The notes: generated from the sequence alone by a model not told the origin. A DNA stretch of 63,549 bases, filler included, from Sluysia triapertura (GCA_046118255.1; 5 parts of 5 records of this genome joined end to end with filler, not necessarily neighbours in it), one strand, 5' to 3'. Positions 27,464 through 40,829 are shown, counted from the first letter of the whole stretch. Made by a program: numbers and translations.

Positions 27464-29663
27464 CATATAAGTCATCTAATAAGACTTTGACATGGTCGTA
27501 AATTTTTAAGGTTATAAAACATAAGTTCACTCATACATTACTGAAGTATTTCTTTTTGAATAACCAAAAAGGTCTTTTTAGTATAGTGTTCCGTACTTTA
27601 GTAGTATAATTGAGATTAAAACAATGGATTTTTAAAGTTATAACGTGACTTATTTTATAAAATTAAATGAAATAAAAAGTACGAAATATGCTACACGCAA
27701 AAACTGAATAATTTAGCATAAAAGACGCAGAGTACGACAATAATTAAGTAAACGAGTTTGTATAACACAAAATAATAATAGCACAATATTAAGATTACAA
27801 TGGACATAAATGTCGAAAGTAATTAAATTCGATTGTGGTGGTCCAGCCCACAACTATGTACACATCACATAAATCACACCAATCAATTACACAAACCTCA
27901 TCACAAAAATTACATTATAACAAGTTTTGCCCATACCATTCAAAACACCACATCACCCATCGTTACGAAATTACAGATGCCTAATAAAATTTATTTTATT
28001 AGACACAAAGCTCGTTGTCATCCGGTCATCATTATTACGCAGTATTTTAATAATGGATTCAATCAAACAAATAGTTTCTACAGGACTTGGAATTTTATTT
28101 TCATCTAATTTACCAACGGTATTTTAAAAATGTGTATTTCGAAGCAATAGTTCTCCCTTTAGATATACTGAATCTAAATCTTTACGCCACCCATATTTTT
28201 AAAACATTTTGAGAATAAATTTAATAATTCAATACTATTATTGGATATTTAATAATTTCCTGTCTCAGTGCATCAATACTTACTACCTCATATATCAAAT
28301 CAAACTTTGTATTAACAATTCTTAAAATGTGCTTTGGATTTTAAATAGGAAACATTAAATAAATATTGCAATCAAGAGGTTAATTTAAAAAACAATATTA
28401 TTTATATTTTTGCATTTATCAAAATTTAAGTATTTATCTAAATTGTGTAACTGAATCTATTTTCTGTTTAATAAAATATGCTTTTGTGATATTTTATTTC
28501 ATTATTTTAATTCAAAAAAGCCACACACTTATGTTTCTTATGTTTCACAACCATTTCCAATTTGGCAATTCAATTTAACTTTTTTAAGAAAGTGATCAAA
28601 TATTTTAAATTAAAAACTAATTACAATGTTAATTTATCATAATTATACAATTATAACTATATATTCAATAAATAACACAAATATTTTATGTAAAAGCTAA
28701 GTAATCATAAAAAATTTGATTTACGATATTTTAAATGTCATTTTAATCATTTTATGGTGAAAAAAACACTAAAAGATTTAAATATATTTGTGAATATAAC
28801 TAGTGGCACATTTTGCTGACTTTTGTTGTATGCAATTAACTTAAAACTATTTGTTAGTTCTATTAATGTGAATATATGGACTGACAAATTATTCAGATAT
28901 TAATTTCATTATAAAAATTCTTGATAGATTGATTTATGTAAAAAATATGATAATAATATAATAGTGCACAGTCATGCAAAAAAAGATTTTACTTTATTTG
29001 GAGGTTTTTATTTTTCATATGCATAAAGATTATTGTTGGAATATAAGTAATTAAGTAAATAATTTGTTTGTTATGAATGGTTTTAATTTGTTGAATACGT
29101 TATTTTAAACTAAATAATGAAGTATACTGAGGTTTTAGTTCTTATAAAAAATTAGAAAAGTAAAGAAAAAGCAACTTAAAAACCATGAAAATAAACTACA
29201 AATTGGTTACTTTTATTTCAAATACTAAAATTACATCTAAGTACATATTTCAAAACCAACATTACTCGCAAGTAATTTGAAACATTAAAATTAAAAAATT
29301 AAAATTAATAAATGAATTGTTGTATTTTGTAATATCAAGTAAAATTTATTATTATAAGATACAATTATTTATTTAGATTTTAATCTGTGTGAATTCCTTA
29401 CGACATTGGCTAATACGTAAGTGACGTATATGATAATTATTTGGAGATTTTTTTATATCTTAAAGTGCCAAAAGACTAGTTATAGAACTATTGCTATAAT
29501 GTCAGAGATTCAGTTTCTGTCTTATTGCAATGAGAGGTTAAAATTATGTATTATACGTCGGATCCCATTTAAAACGGATCTCCGAAAATGAAATTTTAAT
29601 GTTAAACTATGAAAACAAAAAGGATTTTTGGGGCATTTTATAATGTCAAGTGTCTAAAAATAG

Positions 29664-29951
29664 ATTTTAAGATTTAAAAGTACAAATTAAGTATTGATTT
29701 AATAATTTTGTCTAAAAATAATTAATATTTAGTAAAATAATTTAGTAATATTTAATATATTATTGATTTTTCTAAAAAATAATTTAACAGACCTAATTAT
29801 TATTGGTATTATTATTGTTACTTTTATTATTATTATTTTATTATTGTTATTTTTATTATTAAAATCATTATCAATATTTTTATTTTTAAATTATTATCAA
29901 TATTATTTCTAAAATTCTTTTCTTTTAATAAATCAAATTTTATTCGGACAT
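29664..29951 (+). repeat. Direct repeat, copy 1 (copy 2 at 33898-34111)
   Basis: High identity by eye from TTTTAAGATTTAAAAGTACAAATTAA to TTTTATTCGGWCAT. Copy 1 has extra internal AT-rich sequence. Confidence 0.9.
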
Positions 29952-30620
29952 CATAATCATTCTTCAATTATCGATATTTCAAATGTACTAAAACCATTTA
30001 AAATATTACCAATAATTTTCGAGATGTCTTTGAAACTGGATATATAAGTTTAAATAAAGGAGACAAACTTAACATTAAAAACAATGAAAAAATAATTTAT
30101 AATGTAAGAACAGCTGGAAATGTATTGATGGATGGTGCTTGTGAAAGAGGTTCAATAGAATGCGAAGGGAAAATATATGACAACGTAGTAGCTCAAGAAA
30201 CATACGTATTAAGTTTAAGATCTTTTAATGAAAGTTTTGACTTAGAAAAAGGTACAATGATATCACGTCCATTTTGTAAAAGTACCAAACAAGTTGCGAT
30301 ACTGGTGAATCTATATTAATATACGAATTAGAAAAATTTCAATGCCAACTAATATTTTTGATACAATTTTAATTTAATTTCCGGATTTATGCACCAAAAT
30401 GAACTAGCTGTAGAAGATAATTTAGACATACCAGAAAGAAAAAGATTAAACGAAGTGGAAACCTCAACAATTTTAATGGCTACTAAAGAAGAAGATGGAT
30501 TGATATTAGTATCAAAAAAGTTGGTAATTAGATGCGTACAGGAAATCATAGAGACAAATTATCAAGGAATCTATTTATCTGAAAAAACAATTATGCAAGC
30601 AAGGAAAGGTATAGACAAAA
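29943..30620 (+). pseudogene. Chuvirus/herpes-gB-like fusion glycoprotein (env-like) remnant, frameshifted
   Basis: Joining frames at ~30010, ~30290 and ~30368 gives FGHHNHSSII...FRDVFETG...RTAGNVLMDGAC...GKIYDNVVAQ...LRSF...FCKSTxxSCDTG...C...IRCVQEIIETNYQGIYLSE. This is colinear with the recalled chuvirus-type G pattern CGMHSHxS...CxxxHxTG...TLAGxVxxDGxC...GxWDNVVVQ...C....C...CGxxxxxTEHPxLFIxE. Confidence 0.75.
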
Positions 30621-30773
30621 AATTTAAAACTATCTTTTCGAATTTTTACTTAGCTTTGTACATTAATTAGGGACAAATTTTATTAAATTTATATTGAAAT
30701 AATTCATAAAACTTTATTTACTAAGTATACGTTTACTTTCTTCTATCTTATTTTTCATTCATATTTTTAGATA

Positions 30774-31076
30774 ATGTATTACATCAAATGTTCAATATGT
30801 CAAAAATTAATTCACAAACATTATATAAAAACATTTTCATGAATGCATAAATTCCATTTCAAATGAATTATAAACCTTTTTCATTTTACACTAACTAAAC
30901 ACATGAATTGTCCATTGTGTAGAACAATGATAAAAGAAATACAGGTATTTTATAGGAGAAAATTCCGTCATTCATATGTACTCGAAAAAATTTCATCAAA
31001 TGTTAATATAGAAAATATTCAGGTACAAGAAATAGAAATTATTCAACCTACCTATCTTAAACAATTTAATAAATAG
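30774..31076 (+). pseudogene. RING-H2 finger protein with two in-frame TGA codons at Cys ligand positions
   Basis: MYYIKCSICQKLIHKHYIKTFS*MHKFHFK*IINLFHFTLTKHMNCPLCRTMIKEIQVF...* fits C-x2-C-x13-[TGA]-x-H-x2-H-x2-[TGA]-x14-C-x2-C. The TGA codons are at 30840 and 30864. Confidence 0.8.
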
Positions 31077-31594
31077 GAAATAATCATACCTAAGACAAAT
31101 TTCCCTCCTGGTCTGACGCGTTCTCAAAAACACCACTGTCGCAGAGACAATTGAGACGTTGGTATAAAAAGATAGGATTATATAAAAATAATTTAAGAAT
31201 TAAAAATAACCATTTCTTAAAAAATGTACTTAATATTTCATTTGCATTTTTTATTTTTGTGCTTCCTAATTAGTAATTAAATTAGTAATTAAATAAATAT
31301 AAAATCAAACTAGCGATTAAACTATCTAAATTTGTATCTGCTACTTTTTACTAAATATGTTCATTTATTTAGATGTCATCAACTTCCTTTCCACACGCAT
31401 ACATCACAAATAATATCCCTTCTTTATACAACGACATAGACCGCTTTGTGGCAAAAATGATACCCATTGTGTATTTTCAAAATCAAATCTTACCCCTAAT
31501 ATTTTGAAAAATGAATTGGATCACAATTGTATAACTCATTTATTTCAAATCTGTGAGAAAAGTAAAGCAAATAGAATAAAAACTTAACTTAAAC

Positions 31595-31640
31595 TGAGTT
31601 CACCAAGGTAATGGGCTTACCAGTTAGGGCCGGCCGTTGG
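31595..31640 (+). repeat. GC-rich dispersed motif B (putative retroposon 3' end)
   Basis: TGAGTTCACCAA.GTA.TG.GCTTACC.GTTAGGGCC is shared with 48134-48180. Related versions lie at 60749 (+) and 61757 (-). Confidence 0.75.
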
Positions 31641-32689
31641 ATTTATAAATCAAATAAGTCTCAAAAATATGCTAACAGAGCCTTAATTCTTAATCCTATC
31701 TGGAGGTAAACTTTATTAATGACTATTGTAGTGCTAAGATCCTCTAATAATTGTCAAATTGAGGTTTTCTGTTATTAAAAATATAAGTAGGTTTGAAAGT
31801 TATGCGTCATAATATTTAAAAGAATTTCTAGAAAACTTTGATTTTTAAAATATAAATGAAAATTGAAATTTATTTAGTAATTTTACGTAGATTCCATTAT
31901 ATGATGATTTTCCGTGGCTAGAAGTAAATTCTAGCGGTTGAAAACATGGAGCAAAACGAGAGATTTTATAGTTAAATCTATGTAATTTACAATAATAAAA
32001 GTCAAAAGATTTTCTTAATTTATTCTAAAAATTACGTTACTATAATTCACTGATAATAAAAATTATAGATTTTCGCAAATTATCTGTTTAAGTTAATTTC
32101 TTGCTAATAAATTTTAAGAAACAATAATTTAGGTACAGATCTAAGAAAAGATCCAATAATTATATACAAAAATTTAAGTTGATTTTACCTTTGATACTTT
32201 ACAGTATCTCCCTTAAAAATAATTAAACTAACGTAAAATGTAGATTCACAATGATTAAAGAATATTAAAAAAACTACTGGAGTCGTAGCCAGAATTTCGA
32301 AGTCTGTTGCAAAAAATTGTGCAAATGTTGTGAAAATGTTACTTATTTATATAGTTTTAATCTGACCTTCATCGGATTAAAACAAAATAATTAAAATAGT
32401 TATTAACATTTTACGCTAACTTGATTATAAATAATTAAAATAATTATAGTTAAATAATTATAGGCAGTTAAATAATTAAAATTAAATAATTAAAATTACT
32501 TACATTGGAACAAAAATTAGAACAAAAATTTCTAAATTAGAAGCAATAAAAATTTTAATAATGATCAATTAACGTATACAAAATTAATCAATAAATCAAT
32601 TAAATGTTTTATGCACAAAATTTCGCTGCACACAAAATTAATTTTTTAATGTTCAAATTCAACCCCCATTAATTATAAACACTTTACAG

Positions 32690-33240
32690 GGATACCCCAA
32701 ATACAATAGTCAGGTATTTCTTGCCGCGGCTAGGATTTCGCTTAAAATATTAATATTTGTAAATAAAGTCCCACTACATTCGCGTATTCAAGGATACTCT
32801 TCTTTAGTCATAACTAATTTAGCACAAAATTGTGAAGTACGCATAGAATCGGAAGGGCTGCCTACTTTTTTTAAATATTGAAAAGCCAGTAGATCTGCCT
32901 AAACATTCTGTATTGTATACTGATGATAAGGATAGTTCACCCATACACCACACTTATCTCTGTTGGAAAAAATTATACTAGTTTTTGTTGCAGTCAGTTG
33001 GCACTAGATTTTAAAGAAGGTTATCAACCAATAAGGGTTTGCCTAATGCCGTATCACAAACTCTTCCATTCTGATGAGTTGTTAAGGCTCCGTATAAGAA
33101 TTAGAAATTTTTTAGTAACAGAACACGGATTAAGTGAAAACGATCTTCTAATGCGAAGGTTATAGCTGATGTTCGTCAATATTGGCTTACGTCACTATGT
33201 GGCATTCTTCCCTGATATAATTATTAAGGGGAATCATCAA
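32690..33240 (+). pseudogene. Decayed coding-like segment, unknown product
   Basis: GC above the flanks, with broken frames including the 80-aa ORF 32923-33165. No family recognised. Confidence 0.3.
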
Positions 33241-33626
33241 CCTTACTTATACAAATTTAGTATCACATGAATCATTAAATCCTATATTAAGGGCACCGAA
33301 GGTTTTTAAATTATTATATCCCTTCCCACCGCGTGTTTCGTGTTTGCAGCACGCCAAAGACTTAATTTCATTATTTGATTTAATTCCTTTTTGCCACAAA
33401 TTGATAATTCAAAATTTATTCCTCCTTTAATTTTGCCTGCTTCTCTTGCTTCTTCTTCTTCCTCTTTTTCTCTATTCCATCTACCTCTTCTGACAAAAAC
33501 TCAATCTGCACAGAATTTCCTCACTTTGTTAAGCCTATACCTTTTTCACCTCCTCACAAACATCATAAAAGTGATACATTAAATAATAACACAAATACAA
33601 TCAAAGAAAATCCACACATTCACAAC

Positions 33627-33876
33627 ATGAAGACAGAACAAAAAACGACAAAATCTACCAAAACTGAGAGAAAATAATCAACAAAACCACCGGAGAAAGT
33701 TGCGATCACCAAGAAGCAGAAAATGGATTCGCCAAACGTTGATCTAGACGACACTGTCGATGACGATGTCGGTGTTTTGGGAAAAAAACTTAAATGATAA
33801 TGAATTTTTTGGTTGTGATGACGATATCCCAGTCATCACTTTATTAGATGATGATTTTACTTTTGATTTTGATTGA
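33627..33876 (+). pseudogene. Decayed small basic/acidic protein
   Basis: MKTEQKTTKSTKTERK*STKPPEKVAITKKQKMDSPNVDLDDTVDDDVGVLGK, then a frameshift in an A-run, then LNDNEFFGCDDDIPVITLLDDDFTFDFD*. Confidence 0.45.
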
Positions 33877-33897
33877 GATAGTAATAATACCAATTAT

Positions 33898-34111
33898 TTT
33901 TAAGATTTAAAAGTACAAATTAAATATTGATTTAATAATTTTATTGATTTTTCTAAAAATAATTTAATTGACCTAATTATTATTGGTATTATTATTATTT
34001 TAATGTTATTTTTATTATTAAAATCATTATCAATATTTATATTATTAAAATTATTATCAATATTATTTCTAAAATTCTTTTCTTTTAATAAATCAACTTT
34101 TATTCGGTCAT
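33898..34111 (+). repeat. Direct repeat, copy 2
   Basis: Matches 29664-29951. Confidence 0.9.
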
Positions 34112-35937
34112 GGTCAAATTAATAAATACATAAATAAACGTGAAATATTCACAAAAGCACACAATAAAAGTCACAATAAAAAAGTTTCTGTACAGAAGTC
34201 ATCGCAGTTTTTCGTTAAACGTTATTTTACTCCGCTCATCCAACAAGGTTCAATATTTGAATTTCAATTCAGGTGTTCGACTTCTTCGAAAAATCAATCA
34301 ACTCACAGATTACAATATCTTTGATAGGATTTTATTCTGCTTTTAATCGTTAGTTTAAATTATATAGGTTTTATAATCACATTGAATTAAAAGTAATTTT
34401 GCACTTAATTATTTTTATACCCCTTTTAAGAGGTGTGGAAACAGTTAATAAAATAAATATCAAAGATTATATATTAATCTGATTAAAATCATTATTACTT
34501 GTGCTATCATACTTTTTATAAATTTAATAATATTTCCTTTTAAAATTTTTTTGTTGAGTTCTTATTTACTGCTAAAATAAGGTGGCCGATCAAGAGATTT
34601 GAAATAAGGTTGAAAAGTACCACTTAAAATAACATTTTAAATTGAATTTAACTGTAATTTAAGCACTTTTCCAAATAACATTCGATAACTTCTTAAAAGA
34701 ACTAAGAATAGTATCGCACAAATCACGACAAATCTTGCCAAAAATATAATTTAATCTAACATAAACCTATTTATACCTCCATATAAGATCTTCTAAATTA
34801 CTGCATACAACTTAGCCCTTAAGTGAATAAGACTAAGATTGTAAGGGACACATAGTATAAATAAATAAAACAATTCAAGTATAACACTAGCAATAATCCT
34901 TTATAATCTTTATAACAGTTTAATGTTTTAATTAATTATGAAAACACAATTTGAATAATTTGTATTAGGATAAAAAATATAAGAAGCTTACAAAACTTTG
35001 TTATATAATAAATATATAAATGTTACAAAAATTAAATACTAGTGGTAATTAATTTTTCTTAATATAAAGTTTTTGAAATTAATTTTGTTTCAACCGTTTA
35101 AACGGTTGAATAAAAAAATTAAATAAAAGAATTCGAGTAAGATTTTAGGTCAACAACAAAATGGTTGCGAAAATTTAAATTAACTGACTAACTGATTATT
35201 CTTTTGTAAAAATGTTGTCAATTTTGAATCGATACGGTTGTTCTCTACACTATGAGAATTTGTATAATGTCCAGATTTTTGTTACGGCCAAAGTAAAATT
35301 TTTATGTGTGATTTTGTTAAGAATTTGTTGATTGACTATCGTGAATTTTATATTCCTAGTTATTGTTGAGAAATATTATGTGAAATGTTATATATTTATA
35401 CTTAATTCTTAAGGCCAAGTATGACAAAATTTAAAAAGTTTTTTATCAATTATATACAATTTTACAAATTATTTATTAAAAATATTCCTTTTAAATAATC
35501 TGTTAATCAAATTAAACTAAAATTAAATTATTATTAATAAATTAATGTTATTGATTATTATTAATTAATGTTAAAATAAAATTATACACATAATTAAGAA
35601 ATATTTCTTTCAATAAAGGTTATACAATTAATCAAAAGTTAGATTATTCATAAAATAGTTATTTATAAATTACACAAGTTGACTTTAGTTCACAAAAATT
35701 ACAAACTTTTGACGTTATACACTTTTATTGTTTAGTGTTATAAGCTATATGTTAGGTTAAATTATATAAAAAAAACTAATTAAATACAAAGTAACAAATT
35801 ATTATAATATTACCTTTAAACAACTAACACTGATTTTTATTAACTAAACCATATTAACAAAATTATGAAATGGAAATGTGTTTTCGTGATTTTTGTGCAT
35901 TTATATATATTTTAATTAATAAAATAGTTTATTTAAT

Positions 35938-35942
<5 letters not shown>

Positions 35943-35990
<48 letters not shown>
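35943..35990. repeat. (TAT)n microsatellite
   Basis: Seen directly. Further runs at 37620-37662 and 38082-38132. Confidence 0.95.
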
Positions 35991-35994
<4 letters not shown>

Positions 35995-37617
35995 ACTATT
36001 ATTATATCATACCTACAAAAATTTTAGGTTATTGAACTATTATAAAGCATTTTAAGAAATATTTTGTACGCTTTTGAGTAATTTTTATAGTGATATAAAA
36101 GTATGGCATAAGTCAAAAATATTAATAAGTGTACACAACTTAAAATATTCAACTTATGATAGATATAATAGCATGTAAAAACCTGTATATTTAAATATAT
36201 AATTTATTAAAATAAATAATTTATTAAAAATGTTGTTTTAAAAGAAAAAGCAATTATTATTTTATTATAAAACATTAGAATTAAACCTAGAATCAAAATT
36301 AAAAAATTTGTAAAAATAAACAAAGTATTATCAAAAAAATATAAATAAAACAAAGACAAATTAATTGTATTAATAAAATGAAAGTGCAGAAATAAACGCC
36401 GATAAAAATATAAAACTTTCTTTACACATTTATGTATAACAGTTTGCGTAATTCTAGGGAATTATTTTTGAGAAAATAGTTGCTTATATAGAATATTTTT
36501 TTAATAATGATACTCGATGAGACAGCAAAAAAGAAAATTATTAAAAAATAAAAATAAATACTAATCAAACTGTTTTAAAACAGCTCTTTTTCTAACGAAC
36601 TGAAGTATTGGACCAATTTGTATTTTTTATCAACCTTTTCGTAATTGTTTATTTCCATATTTTCTTATTTTACAAAGTTAATTTTTATAATTAATTTTGT
36701 TATTAATAATATTAGTATTAATAATAGTAACAATATTTTCAGAATATTATAATTTTTTATTATTACTAATAACATAAGTGGTGCCACACTTCTGACAATA
36801 ATAAGTACAATATTACATCAATTTGTTCTAAAGTAAAATTAATTCTTTAAAACAACTTATTTAATCATTTAAAAAATTGTACTACTGTATAAAAATAACA
36901 AAAATAACTATTATTTCCATATGAAAAATAAAATTAGTATTATTATTTAATAAATTATTATTAAATTTAATAATTGTTAATCATATTAAATGCACTATTA
37001 AATGATTTTACTATTATTTTGATTTTATTCTTACCTTGTTTTAATAAATTAAAAAAATTATATAAAATTGTAATTCATTTTTATACTTAAATAATTTATA
37101 AAAATTATATGGTGACATTTTAATGGAAAAATTGTTTATTTTTAAAATACATTGACATAATAAAATATTGCAACCTAGAAATGTATCTAAAATAATTATA
37201 CTTTGATTGCTATAATTATCACACACTTCCATAATATTTGATTTGTTATTTTTATGATTAAATAGTTTATTCACAATTTCATTGCTTGATAGTTCAAGAA
37301 TAACTTACTAATTTTAGAAATTATCATCAATTTTTTAATTAAATCTTGCTTAAATTTTTTTGTGGAAAAATTGATTTTATATTTAATCATTAATATTAAT
37401 TTGATAATATTTTATATTATTATAAAAATTTAATATATTTTAAATAATAAAGAAAAATCTTATATTTTAAATTAAAATCAAATGTTATAGGTTATATATA
37501 ATAAAAATGATAAAATAATTATCATCTAAAATATATATAAATATATAAAATAAAACTTTTGAATATAAGTAATACTTATTTCAACAAGTACATATATGAT
37601 TAATGTTAAATTTTTTG

Positions 37618-37663
<46 letters not shown>

Positions 37664-38072
37664 TATAAAGGGATAGTATCTTCAAGAAATGAGATATTTG
37701 TCATATTATTCTTGTATTAGAAAAAAATGTGATATTTTTAATTATTTCATAATCGTCCTGTAATTTGATTTTCTCCAGTTATGGTGGTAAAGTTTTTGAA
37801 ATATAAATGGTGTTATATTATTATCATTATCATTATAAATTATATTATCATATTATCATTATCTTATTATAAGTTTTTATAAATCTATATTCATTCCACA
37901 AATATATCACAATTTTTGCAACGTAATCACTTATAAATTAGCATCATGATTTTAAATTCTACTTTTATTTTATTTTACAGTTTAATTCTTTATATGAATT
38001 TATTATATGCGTTTTTCATTGTAAGTAAAAAATTACTTTTGCAGTTTTTCCGTATATAATTGAATACAATAA

Positions 38073-38133
<61 letters not shown>

Positions 38134-40829
38134 GTATTAGTATTAGTATAATTTGATATCATTGAATGCACAATTAGTGTTACTATAACTAAAATATATG
38201 TTACTTTTATAAACATATTTTATTTTTAAATAATTTATCATAATATGTTAATCTCTGGTTAAAATATGTACAATTATCAATAAAATATCCCATCAAATAT
38301 CAATAAAATATTACAATTTATAAAAAAAAGTTATTATAAATGTAATTTAAAAATAACACATTGTTTAGTAGAAATAAATTGTTTATATTTTTTTCAAAAA
38401 AATTAATTAATATTTTAAATAAAAATAATTTTTCAGAAATTTAATTATGAAACAATGTGATTTATTTTCATAGAGATTTTTATAAGTATTTTGAGATTTT
38501 TTAAACTTTATAACCCCTTACAGGACTATATGTTTATTAGATCTTAGAAGGGTTAACTTAACAATAATTTTGCAATTAAATACAAATATAGAATTAACAA
38601 ATGTTAAAATATATTTATTAATTAAGAAAATTAATTATTTCTTATTACTTCTTGCAATGTGTAAATTTAAAATTTTATTAACTTTAAAATTTTCCGAATT
38701 AAAGAACGTTCTCTAATTTTTATGTTTTAATAAGTTACTTTTCATTATTAATTTTTCATTATTTTTCATTAATTTTTCATTATTATTAATTTCATTATTT
38801 TTAATTATTAAGTCATTATTAATTTTGATTTTTAATATTTCAATTACTTTTTATTATAAAAAATTAGAAAAATAATTTGAACTAATTACATATTAAATAA
38901 AAACTCAAAAATTAATACTTAGTTATTTTGTCTTATTCTTTTTACTATATAAATTATAAAGATTTTTTAAAAACAAATTTTTAATATTAATTATTGATTA
39001 TTGTAATTATTTATGTTTTTCTTCTTTTTCTTCTAATAATATTAATAATAATATTATTATTATTTTAGTCTAGGTCCTATTTATAGATTTTATTTCATTT
39101 GCTATTTTATCCACTTTATAATAATGCAATTTCTTTCTGATTNNNNNNNNNNNNNNNNNNNNNNNNNNNNNNNNNNNNNNNNNNNNTTAATTAATTAANN
39201 NNNNNNNNNNNNNNNNNNNNNNNNNNNNNNNNNNNNNNNNNNTTGATTAAATCGTTGTAGTTTTTTTGTTTAAAATAAATTTGAAAAAAAACGCTCATGA
39301 ATTATTCCTCAACCCAATACATTTATTACTTGATTATTGATTTTTTAAATATATATGACAAATTATTAAAAATATTATTACTATAAAATGATATTTGTAA
39401 TAGCATTTATGTTATGAAAAATCAATTAAAGGTGTAACAAACTGTAAACTGTAACAAATTGTGTGTAATGAAGTATAAAATTGATAAGTTTTTATTAAAT
39501 TTCGAAATAATATTAAATTAAGTAAAAAATCAAATAATATGTGTACGTCTTTATGTATAAATTGTTGTTGAGGTTAGTTTCAAAATTTACAATTATAAAC
39601 ATAAATTGATTACTTGTTTTGTAATAATTTAATAAATATATAATTCAGTAATTCATACTATAAAATAAATAAATAATAAAATGTTAAAGTGATTGAATTT
39701 TAATATTATGAATGCGTGTAATTATATCCACAACAGATCGCCACTCTAAATTATTAGCAGTTATTTTTTAGTGTACTAAAAATTAAAATGTAATAAATAA
39801 AAATTTTACATATGATTCTCATTGTATTAGTTAAGTAAAGCAAACAAGTTACTCAAAAGAGTAATATAGTTTTATTTAGTGTTTAAGATTATATGGTACT
39901 TAAAAAATTGAAATTTTATTTATGTATTACTTATAATCTTAAGTACATATTTTGATAAAATTAAAATCCGTATTAGTAAAAATACAAACACGAACTAAAT
40001 AGATTTATTAATACCAATTATATTAATTATCTCCAAACTAATTTTGCGAGAAAATATGTAAACACAATGTCAAGCGTTGTAAATATGTCAGCATAATAAA
40101 GTTCAAAATACTGCGAGTTCCACGAAAAGTAATCGGTTAATAAACACTTTAAAATCAGTATATTGTTTGGTTGCGAGATGTTCAGTGAAGTCTGAAGACT
40201 TTGGCTATTGTATAATTTATTTATTTATATTAATATTATTCAGTGGCTAGCTCTTTTTTTCTCGAGGTTCGTATGAACTACTATTACAGCAATGTGTCAC
40301 TGCGACTGACATAAAAACAAAATAATGTTAATTATGTCCAGAAGAAGTCAGCCAATCACAATTATTTTAAATATTATCAACTTTTGAACATAATTATTAA
40401 CACAAGCCAATCATAATTATTTTAAACACTTAAACACCATCAATTTTGAACATTATTAACAATACATTATTGATTTTTGAATTATTAACATTTTGAATTT
40501 TATTATTAGTTTTATTATTAACATTATTAATTAGAAATTTTATTGTTTTCATTGGAAATTTTATTATAGTTAGTTTTAATATTATTAACTTTTAATTATT
40601 ATTAACTTTTAGTTATTCGATAATTTTTGTTTAAAAAATTAAAATTTTAATTTAACTTTGTTTAAATATTAACCTTCAAGGTTAATTCGTGAGAGTATAA
40701 ATAGTAATAATAAATTTCACAGAAACACAAAAATTTTTTTACATATTTTCTGAACCAATTTTTTGGAAGGGCTAAATTTTGAAAAAACTTTCGCGAACTA
40801 ATCTGTGTACGTTAGTGTAGTGGCCAACA

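Noticed and set aside
27820-28130. Possible gag zinc-knuckle fragments (CGGPAH, FCPYH)
   Set aside because: The motifs are incomplete and the frames broken, which is too weak to call.
38016-38216. Poly-Asn ORF
   Set aside because: It is a translation of an (AAT)n microsatellite.
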